NCBI GenBank assembly: GCA_030700105.1
Contig: JAUYKG010000016.1
Coordinates: forward strand, 2,863 to 66,862
Direction: 5' to 3'
DNA from: Candidatus Veblenbacteria bacterium
GTDB taxonomy: Bacteria > Patescibacteriota > Patescibacteriia > Veblenbacterales > UBA10138
Length of the DNA: 64,000 bases
The notes below the pieces were generated by a model. That model searched no databases. It was not told the DNA's origin and saw only the letters and a list, made by a program, of their open reading frames with translations. The translations under genes and the position numbers were made by a program. Positions 40,933 to 48,053 of this stretch are shown here, piece by piece. Position 1 is the stretch's first letter; every line of letters begins with the position of its first letter.

Positions 40933-41605
40933 ACGCGGTACGTTCATAGTTATAGAGGGCACCGACGGTTCGGGCAAGGGCACGCAGTTCAAACTGCTGG
41001 TGGCGGCTTTACGGCGAGCGGGAAAAAAGGTGGCTACGCTGGATTTTCCACAGTACGGCAAGCCATCGGCCTATTTTATTGAACAATACCTAAACGGGAA
41101 ATACGGAAAGAACGGTGACGTTTCACCATATGAAGCTTCACTTTTTTATTCTTTTGATAGGTATGCTGCCAAGCGGCAGCTCGTGGAGTGGTTACGAGAG
41201 GGAAGGGTAGTAGTTGCGAATCGCTTCACACTTTCAAATGCGGCGCACCAGGGCGGTAAGATACAATCGGATTCAGCCCGGCGTAAGTACTGGCAGTGGC
41301 TGTTTAATTTGGAGTTTAATGTTTTAGGTTTGCCCAGGCCGGACGTTACTATTTTTCTTCATATGCCAGCGGTTACGGCACAGAAGTTGGTATTGCGTAA
41401 GGCCCCGCGCCGGTACCTTAAGCTTGGTGTAAAAAAGGATATTCACGAGGCAGATTTGAGGCATCTTAAGGCTGCGGAGAAACAGTACGTAATTCTTGCT
41501 AGGAAAGTCGGGGCGAGAACGGTTGAATGTGTGGAAAAGGGTAGACTCTTGACGTCAAAGGAGATTCATAATAGGGTTCTAAGCATAATAATAAAATTAC
41601 TATAG
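40919..41605 (+). CDS. tmk: Thymidylate kinase.
   Basis: P-loop 'FIVIEGTDGSGKGTQ'. Start taken at 'MKRPKRG', overlapping the folA end by 14 nt. Confidence 0.85.
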   Translation: MKRPKRGTFIVIEGTDGSGKGTQFKLLVAALRRAGKKVATLDFPQYGKPSAYFIEQYLNGKYGKNGDVSPYEASLFYSFDRYAAKRQLVEWLREGRVVVANRFTLSNAAHQGGKIQSDSARRKYWQWLFNLEFNVLGLPRPDVTIFLHMPAVTAQKLVLRKAPRRYLKLGVKKDIHEADLRHLKAAEKQYVILARKVGARTVECVEKGRLLTSKEIHNRVLSIIIKLL

Positions 41606-41633
41606 TAGTTAACTAAACAAAAAGTGAGGAAAA

Positions 41634-41813
41634 ATGAAAAAAATAAAAAAGAAAAAGCATAGTATGCGGGCGCGGCGGCGTTATCTTACGAAACGCATCA
41701 TGGATGCTTTTCGTAACCTTAATGAGGCTGCTTGGGCCTTTCGCAATTTAGATTTTAGTCTTCATGAATTAAAGGATGAACCCGATCTTTCTGGGTTTGT
41801 CCGTATAATATAA
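41634..41813 (+). CDS. Small, highly basic 59-aa ORF (hypothetical).
   Basis: 'MKKIKKKKHSMRARRRYLTKRIMDAFRNLNEAAWAFRNLDFSLHELKDEPDLSGFVRII'. It is preceded by a GTGAGGA Shine-Dalgarno-like sequence and followed by its own intrinsic terminator. It is below the ORF-track size cutoff. Confidence 0.35.
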   Translation: MKKIKKKKHSMRARRRYLTKRIMDAFRNLNEAAWAFRNLDFSLHELKDEPDLSGFVRII

Positions 41814-41834
41814 ATTTAGTTTATTGCATTTCCA

Positions 41835-41866
41835 CTCAGCCTTTTAATCAGGCTGAGCTTTTTTAT
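41835..41866 (+). terminator. Intrinsic terminator.
   Basis: An 8-bp stem (CTCAGCCT / AGGCTGAG) with a 7-nt loop, followed by CTTTTTTAT. Confidence 0.65.
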
Positions 41867-41912
41867 GGTCGCCGGCTCCTCACTTTTTTTGCCGTTATGT
41901 TAGAATAAGGGC

Positions 41913-43370
41913 ATGGAACTAGTCCCCGTTATTGGTTTGGAAATACACGTTCAGCTTAAGACCAAGTCCAAAATGTTCTGCCCGTGCGACAACACGGGCG
42001 AGGACAAGCCTGCCAATACCACCATTTGCCCGGTGTGTATGGGGCACCCAGGCACCTTGCCGGTACCGAATGCCGAGGCTATTAGCATGGCCGTGCGGGC
42101 GGCCTTGGCACTGAATTTTAAGGTTAATACCCGCTCCAAGTTCGACCGCAAGAACTACTTTTATCCCGATTTGCCCAAGGGTTATCAAATCTCCCAGTAC
42201 GACGAGCCGTTGGCCCAAGAGGGCTACCTGGAGGTGGAGGCCAGTCAGGGGCTAAGCAGGGTTGAGCTGGAACGGCTACACTTGGAGGAGGATACGGCTA
42301 AGCTCACGCACCAAGGTAAGAAGTCTTTAGTGGATTTCAACCGTGCTGGCACGCCCTTAATGGAAATAGTTACCAAGCCAGAGATTAAAAATCCGGAAGA
42401 GGCTAAGATATTCTTGCAGGAACTCAGGCTGATTATGCGCTACGTTGGAGCCTCTGATGCAGATATGGAAAAGGGGCACTTACGGTGCGATGCCAACATA
42501 TCTTTACACCCCAAGGGTGAGGACAAGCTATACCCCAAGACCGAGATTAAGAACCTAAATTCTTTTCGGGCTGTGGAAAAGGCTTTGCAGTATGAGGTTA
42601 AGAGGCAGGGTGAATTGTGGCGTAAAGGAGAAGCGCCTGCAATTACAGCTACACGCGGCTGGGACGAGGCTAAGGGCGAAACCGTACCGCAGCGAGAAAA
42701 AGAGGCCGTGCACGATTACCGCTATTTTCCTGAGCCGGATATTCCGCCACTCGTTATAGACCAGAAAAAAGTAGAGGAGTGGCGCGCGGAACTTCCCGAA
42801 CTGCCAGCTGATAGGCGCCGGCGCTGGCAGGTAACTTACGACACCAAACCTGCCGATGCTCGGCTATTAACGGAAGACAAGGCTTTGGGCGATTTTGCCG
42901 AGCATGTGATAGTTGAATTGGCGGCTGAGGTCGAAGGCAGTTTAGGACCAACCGCTAAGCTAGCGGTGAACTGGATCGTGCACAAGCTTACTGAAGTATT
43001 GCGGGAGCGTGGCTTGGCGGTTAACCAGCTGCCGTTCACAGTGAGCCAGTTTGTGGCGTTCCTGTTGCTAGTGTCGCGTCGGCAGGTGAATTCTACGAAC
43101 GGGCAGCTTCTCTTGCGGCGTATGGTGGAAACCGGGCACGACCCCGAGGTAATTATGGCCGAGGAGGACCTGGCTCAAGCCGCTGGCGGCGAGGGCCTAG
43201 CCGAGGCGGTTACCAGGGTGGTGAACGCTCACGCTGAGCAAGTTCAGGATTATCACAAAGGAAAAACAGCCTTGCTTAAGTTCTTTGTTGGTTTGGTGAT
43301 GAAGGAGCTTAAAGGTAAGGCCGATCCTCAGGAAATAGAGCAGGAGTTCAAGAACCAGCTTGGTGCTTAG
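41913..43370 (+). CDS. gatB: Asp-tRNA(Asn)/Glu-tRNA(Gln) amidotransferase subunit B.
   Basis: 'VIGLEIHVQLKTKSKMFC' and 'DANISL...NLNSFRAVEKAL', with a C-terminal YqeY-like domain. Confidence 0.9.
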   Translation: MELVPVIGLEIHVQLKTKSKMFCPCDNTGEDKPANTTICPVCMGHPGTLPVPNAEAISMAVRAALALNFKVNTRSKFDRKNYFYPDLPKGYQISQYDEPLAQEGYLEVEASQGLSRVELERLHLEEDTAKLTHQGKKSLVDFNRAGTPLMEIVTKPEIKNPEEAKIFLQELRLIMRYVGASDADMEKGHLRCDANISLHPKGEDKLYPKTEIKNLNSFRAVEKALQYEVKRQGELWRKGEAPAITATRGWDEAKGETVPQREKEAVHDYRYFPEPDIPPLVIDQKKVEEWRAELPELPADRRRRWQVTYDTKPADARLLTEDKALGDFAEHVIVELAAEVEGSLGPTAKLAVNWIVHKLTEVLRERGLAVNQLPFTVSQFVAFLLLVSRRQVNSTNGQLLLRRMVETGHDPEVIMAEEDLAQAAGGEGLAEAVTRVVNAHAEQVQDYHKGKTALLKFFVGLVMKELKGKADPQEIEQEFKNQLGA

Positions 43371-44322
43371 CTTGTTTAAGCCAGGTTCGGGTAAGTGCGA
43401 TGGCTGGGGGTGAACTGTTTATCCAGTGCACACTGGGTAAGCGTTTAAACCAGGTTACTTGCCGCTTGGCATATTGCCAGGTGTGGGAGATAATTTGTTG
43501 TTCGGCTTCGATACGGCTTATTGAGCCACTGAGAAAGGCAGATACTTCGCGGTAACCAATTGATTGGAGTAGGGGAGAGTGTGGGAATTTTTTTTTAAGA
43601 TAGCGCACCTCTTGTGCCAGGCCTTGGTTGAACATTTTTTTGGTGCGCCTTGTAATATTACGGCGTAGAGTTGCTTTACTTGGTGCCAGGCCTAAGATGA
43701 GCGTGTTGGGCCTTGGTTGGTGCTGCTGAGCTTGGGTAAAGGAACTACCGGTGCTCATAACGTGTTCCAGAGCGCGGATGAGGCGCCGGCGGTTCGCACG
43801 GTCAATTACGCGCCAGGTAGCGGGGTCTGCCTGTTTAAGCTTTTTTTGCAACGCAGCGGTGCTAAGTCGGTCCAACGAAGCTCGCAGTTTTAGGTTTGGT
43901 TTGCCTGGGGGAAAGCGATAGCCCTCTACCACTGCGGACACGTACAGCATTGTGCCGCCAACTAGAATTGGCAACTGGCCAATAGCAAATAGCTTAGAAC
44001 AGAGTTTGTTTACCTCTGCCTGAAACCGTACCGCTGAATATTGTTTGTTGGGCGAGAGTGTGTTAATAAAAAAGTGTGGTACCCCTTGCACAACATAAAG
44101 CTTTTTCACTCTTAAAACCTCTTTCCGTTTGCCAGTGGCTATATGCCAGTGGCCATTTGGCTGGTTAGTGCCGATTTTGGCGTGCCGGTACATCTGCTGA
44201 GAATCAGCCGAAATCACCGCACCATCCAGCTTTTTGGCTAGCTTAAGCGCCAGGGCGCTTTTGCCACTGGTAGTAGGGCCGATTATTGCTATAAGTGGGG
44301 GGTTGACAGAACTATAATTCAC
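43348..44322 (-). CDS. miaA: tRNA dimethylallyltransferase.
   Basis: P-loop 'IAIIGPTTSGKSALAL' and 'AVISADSQQMYRHAKIGTNQP'. Confidence 0.85.
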   Translation of the reverse strand: MNYSSVNPPLIAIIGPTTSGKSALALKLAKKLDGAVISADSQQMYRHAKIGTNQPNGHWHIATGKRKEVLRVKKLYVVQGVPHFFINTLSPNKQYSAVRFQAEVNKLCSKLFAIGQLPILVGGTMLYVSAVVEGYRFPPGKPNLKLRASLDRLSTAALQKKLKQADPATWRVIDRANRRRLIRALEHVMSTGSSFTQAQQHQPRPNTLILGLAPSKATLRRNITRRTKKMFNQGLAQEVRYLKKKFPHSPLLQSIGYREVSAFLSGSISRIEAEQQIISHTWQYAKRQVTWFKRLPSVHWINSSPPAIALTRTWLKQAKHQAGS

Positions 44323-44407
44323 AGCTATAGTGTATGATTAAGCAACAGATAATTCAAAATTTTTAAATAATAAACAAAATAATAACAATAAAATGTGAGG
44401 TTAAAAA

Positions 44408-44794
44408 ATGAATAAAAAAACAAGTATCCTTTTGGTTGATAGTGAGGAATGCATTAGATCAGTGTATTCTGAGCTGTTGAAAGACGCCGGCTTTGAGGTT
44501 CAAACTGCGGTCAGCGGTAGAGATGTTCTACATAATTTTACTGAGCCATACCCTGATATGGTAATAACCGATGTTATTAATCCGGATATGAATGGTCTCT
44601 ACTTTGCTGGAGCACTTAGAAAGCTGAGGTATACAGGATTAATAATTATTTTTTCAGGGGAAGAAAAAGAAGAGCTCGTTGATTTGAGCAAAAAGCTAGG
44701 CATTAACGTTAGCGCAGTCTTTGAAAAGACTGCAGATATCAATAAAATGATAAAAGAAATTGTAAACTTGGCGCAGGTAGAACAACCTGCTTAA
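44408..44794 (+). CDS. Single-domain response regulator (CheY-like receiver), orphan.
   Basis: 128 aa with 'ILLVDSEE', the phospho-acceptor region 'MVITDVINPDMNG', and 'IIIFSGEE'. No output domain and no adjacent histidine kinase. GC content is much lower than in the neighbouring genes. Confidence 0.65.
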   Translation: MNKKTSILLVDSEECIRSVYSELLKDAGFEVQTAVSGRDVLHNFTEPYPDMVITDVINPDMNGLYFAGALRKLRYTGLIIIFSGEEKEELVDLSKKLGINVSAVFEKTADINKMIKEIVNLAQVEQPA

Positions 44795-44807
44795 ATAAGG
44801 ATTATAT

Positions 44808-44850
44808 GCCGTCGGTCATTTATAATAATGGCTGACGGTAATTTTTTTTT
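44808..44850. terminator. Bidirectional terminator between the response-regulator gene and thrS.
   Basis: An imperfect stem (TGCCGTC...GACGGTA) followed by a run of nine T. Confidence 0.45.
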
Positions 44851-44852
44851 AC

Positions 44853-46625
44853 TTAACTTCTGCGTTCGGAGATTTCCTGCTCCAGGTCGGCGATGAATTG
44901 GGAGTTTGGAATTGAACTAATTTCTTTCACGCTCCGCTTGCGGACCGCCAGGTTACCGGATGAAATTTCCTTTTCTCCCACTACAAGGGCATATGGTATT
45001 TTTTCTTTCTCTGCTTTGCGAATCTTATTGCCAATGGTCTCATTGGCGTCGTCCATTTCCACACGAATCATTTTATTCCGCAATTCAGTTGCCAGTTTTT
45101 CGCAATAATTCACATGGTCCACACCAACCGGCAGGAGCTTTACCTGCACGGGCGCGAGCCAGGTGGGGAAAGCGCCGCCGTAGTGTTCTATCAAAAAGCC
45201 GATAAAGCGTTCGTGGGTGCCGAGGGGTGCACGGTGGATACAGAGCGGAGTTTTATTGGCCCCACCCTTGTCCACGTAGGTTAGGCCAAAACGTTTGGGC
45301 TGGGCAAAGTCCACCTGGTTCGTAGCAATGGCGAATTCGCGGCCAATGGAACTCCATACCTGAACATCTATCTTGGGGCCGTAGAAGGCGGCTTCGTCCG
45401 CCACTTCGGTAAAGTTCACGCCTGATTCTTGCATAGTGCGCCGTACTAGGTCCTCGGTTTCCTGCCAGAGCTGGGGTTCGTTCACATACTTCTTACCCAA
45501 ACCTTCGGGCGAATGGGTGGAAAGCTGCATAACGTACTTGCTGATGCCAAAGAGCTTGAAGTAGTTCAGATACATATCGTTCACCGCCTTAAATTCTTCT
45601 GCGAACTGTTCGGCAGTCAGGTAAATGTGGGCGTCGTTCATACTGAGCATTCTGACGCGCATAAGGCCAAAGAGCTCGCCTGATTTTTCGTAGCGGTAGA
45701 CCGTGCCATACTCGGCTAATCTGAGGGGCAGATCGCGGTAGCTCCTTGGTTCGGCGGCGTAGACCTGGTGGTGGTGCGGGCAGTTCATAGCCTTGAGGTA
45801 GTACGTTGTCTGATTACCATCTTCATCCATTACCATGGGTGGAAACATAGTGTCAGCATAGTAGGGCAGGTGGCCGGAAGTTTTGTACATTGATTCTTTG
45901 GCAATGTGCGGGGTGCGAATGATCTTATACCCGGCTTTGAATTCGGTTTCCTTGGCTAGCTTTTCCAGCTCTTCTGTTATTACGGCGCCATTCGGGAGCC
46001 AGAGGGGCATGCCTGGGCCTACGTAGTCGGAGAAGGTAAACAGCTTAAGCTCCTTACCCAGTTTACGGTGGTCCCTTTTAGCTGCTTCTTCTCGTTGGCT
46101 TAAATACTCTGCCAGTTCTTTTTTCGTTTCAAAAGCCAGGCCGTAAATGCGGGTGAGCATTTTGTTCTTTTCGTCCCCGCGCCAGTAGGCGCCGGCTAGG
46201 CGGTCCAGTTTCCAGGAGTCCGTTTTGATTTCCTTCATACTCTCGGCATGTCCGCCGCGGCACAGGTCGGTGAATCCGCCGGTTGGCGGACCAGAGGTAT
46301 AGGTGGAGAGCCTTTGCCCTTCCTGGGCGAATTCGGCTATTAGCTCCAGCTTGTAAGGGTTATCTTTGAACATCTCTTTAGTTTCTGCGACCGAGCGTTC
46401 CTCGCGCTCGAAACCACTCCAGCTCGGGAGGGTTTCCCGCATTTTATCCTCAATGCGTTGTAGATCGTCCACGCTCACCTTGTCTTGGCCGAAGTCAAAA
46501 TCGTAATAGAACCCGTCTTCAATAGCAGGGCCGATAGTGCGCTTGGCCTCGGGGTACAGTTCTTGCACCGCCGCGGCCAGGAGGTGGGCCAGAGAATGTT
46601 TTTTAGCTTCAAGGGAAGATGGCAT
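44853..46625 (-). CDS. thrS: Threonine--tRNA ligase (short form without the N-terminal TGS domain).
   Basis: Editing domain N2 'HSLAHLLAAAV'. Class II core 'TEVADEAAFYGPKIDVQV' and 'CIHRAPLGTHERFIGFLIEHYGGAFP'. C-terminal anticodon-binding 'ALVVGEKEISSGNLAVRKR'. Confidence 0.9.
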   Translation of the reverse strand: MPSSLEAKKHSLAHLLAAAVQELYPEAKRTIGPAIEDGFYYDFDFGQDKVSVDDLQRIEDKMRETLPSWSGFEREERSVAETKEMFKDNPYKLELIAEFAQEGQRLSTYTSGPPTGGFTDLCRGGHAESMKEIKTDSWKLDRLAGAYWRGDEKNKMLTRIYGLAFETKKELAEYLSQREEAAKRDHRKLGKELKLFTFSDYVGPGMPLWLPNGAVITEELEKLAKETEFKAGYKIIRTPHIAKESMYKTSGHLPYYADTMFPPMVMDEDGNQTTYYLKAMNCPHHHQVYAAEPRSYRDLPLRLAEYGTVYRYEKSGELFGLMRVRMLSMNDAHIYLTAEQFAEEFKAVNDMYLNYFKLFGISKYVMQLSTHSPEGLGKKYVNEPQLWQETEDLVRRTMQESGVNFTEVADEAAFYGPKIDVQVWSSIGREFAIATNQVDFAQPKRFGLTYVDKGGANKTPLCIHRAPLGTHERFIGFLIEHYGGAFPTWLAPVQVKLLPVGVDHVNYCEKLATELRNKMIRVEMDDANETIGNKIRKAEKEKIPYALVVGEKEISSGNLAVRKRSVKEISSIPNSQFIADLEQEISERRS

Positions 46626-46853
46626 AGTTTTACAAATAAATAACCCAAACGACTACGAGTCATTTGGGTCCCAATGGATAAAAGGGAGGTTCCACCCAAG
46701 TTTCCGCCACTTGGCGGACGCTCTCAAATTGTCTGTACGCTTAGGCCCAAGGTAGCTCGGGCGCCCCACTGGCTAAGCTCGGGGCAGGCAGTTGGTAGCC
46801 GCCGCAGTCGTGTACAGGTTAAAAGTACTTCAACCGGAGGCTTTTAGTCAAGA
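46626..46853 (-). promoter_or_regulatory. Candidate T-box riboswitch leader of thrS.
   Basis: The minus-strand RNA contains 'AACUUGGGUGGAACCUCCC' (T-box-like GGGUGGNACC; plus-strand coordinates ~46688..46703). The antiterminator can form as UUGGG:CCCAA, then a 7-nt bulge UGGAACC, then UCCC:GGGA. A competing terminator hairpin (ACCCAAAUGACU-CGU-AGUCGUUUGGGU, plus 46643..46669) is followed by a U-rich tract just before the AUG. The ACCA triplet upstream is a possible Thr specifier. Confidence 0.5.
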
Positions 46854-48005
46854 TTACTTAAGTTGCAGAGTAATGTGGCTTTCTACTGTTGGTACAGAAC
46901 CCACCCAGAACGGCGATAGCTCAACTTCCACATTCTTAACCCCAGGAATGCCGCTAAAGTAATTCTGTACCTCTTCCGGTGTGCGGCCCAAGAGGTCGCT
47001 GGCGCGAAATAACTTGTCGGGTTCGGTGATTACTACCTGGGCCAGGAATTTCACCTTTAGCATAGCGCTGGTAAGGTCGCCAGCCACGCTATCAATACTA
47101 ACGGCTAGGCTCTCGGGTTCAAGGTTTAGTATTTTGCGACCAGAAGAAAGGTCGGCTTGGAGCTTGCTGAGGGCGTGCTCTCTCAAGTTGTCAGGATCAT
47201 AAAATACGGCAGTTACCTTGACCGTAACCGTGTAGGTGAACTGGTTGTTTTTGGAATTGGCCGGCACGTCGGATTCGGCTTTGGTGGTTTCATTCTTGTA
47301 TACCACGTTGAGATTGCGCTTGTCCTCGGGTAGTTGTTCACGGAGCTTAGAGAGCGCCTGTGGAACCATAATGTCGGTTAGGCTCTTGCGTGCCGCGTCG
47401 AGGTCGAGCGGTGTAATGGAGGTGGAGCCAGTTTTGGGCAACCGGCGCATAGGCTCGTTTGATTCAGCGTGGATTACTTGTTGTAGTTGAGGTCGTAAGC
47501 CCGGAATAGTAAAGCTCGTGGGTCCAATGGCACTGGCCTCACCCACTTGGTCGGCCACTACTCCCACGTTCTCCAGTTTGCCGTTCGCTGGTACGGTAAC
47601 GGTTTCCCGTAGGCGGAAGAGTACGCCCTGGGGCGAAAGTAGCCGGGTGGTGGCGATGAGGGTTTGCGGAGTAGTGTGGGTACTCACGATGGTAACCGTA
47701 CCGGCAGCCCTTTCTTCCAGTTCACCCGAGGGGCTGGCGGGAAATGTTTTGGATTGGGTGACCTCTGTTTCTATAATAGTGCCTGTTACTTCACCCGCTT
47801 CGCTGTACTGTTTAAGCTCGATGGTTGTGTCCATTACCATACTGTCGGGTGATACCTCAAGGGTTACGGTGGCGTGGGCCAGGGAGTAGTAGAGCACGAG
47901 CAACACCACCGCCACAACGGCGCCGGCAAAAGTCACTACGATGCGGCGCATCGGCCGGCTGGCCCCGCGACCCTGTTCGTTCGTCTGAGTTGTGCGTTTA
48001 GTCAT
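46854..48005 (-). CDS. Hypothetical membrane-anchored exported protein (383 aa).
   Basis: N-terminal basic region followed by TM 'IVVTFAGAVVAVVLLVLYYSLA'; the rest is predicted extracytoplasmic. I recognise no motifs. Confidence 0.5.
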   Translation of the reverse strand: MTKRTTQTNEQGRGASRPMRRIVVTFAGAVVAVVLLVLYYSLAHATVTLEVSPDSMVMDTTIELKQYSEAGEVTGTIIETEVTQSKTFPASPSGELEERAAGTVTIVSTHTTPQTLIATTRLLSPQGVLFRLRETVTVPANGKLENVGVVADQVGEASAIGPTSFTIPGLRPQLQQVIHAESNEPMRRLPKTGSTSITPLDLDAARKSLTDIMVPQALSKLREQLPEDKRNLNVVYKNETTKAESDVPANSKNNQFTYTVTVKVTAVFYDPDNLREHALSKLQADLSSGRKILNLEPESLAVSIDSVAGDLTSAMLKVKFLAQVVITEPDKLFRASDLLGRTPEEVQNYFSGIPGVKNVEVELSPFWVGSVPTVESHITLQLK

Positions 48006-48053
48006 AAGCCTCCTTAGTAACGTAGTTTAGTATAGCAAAAATAGTCTTTTAGT

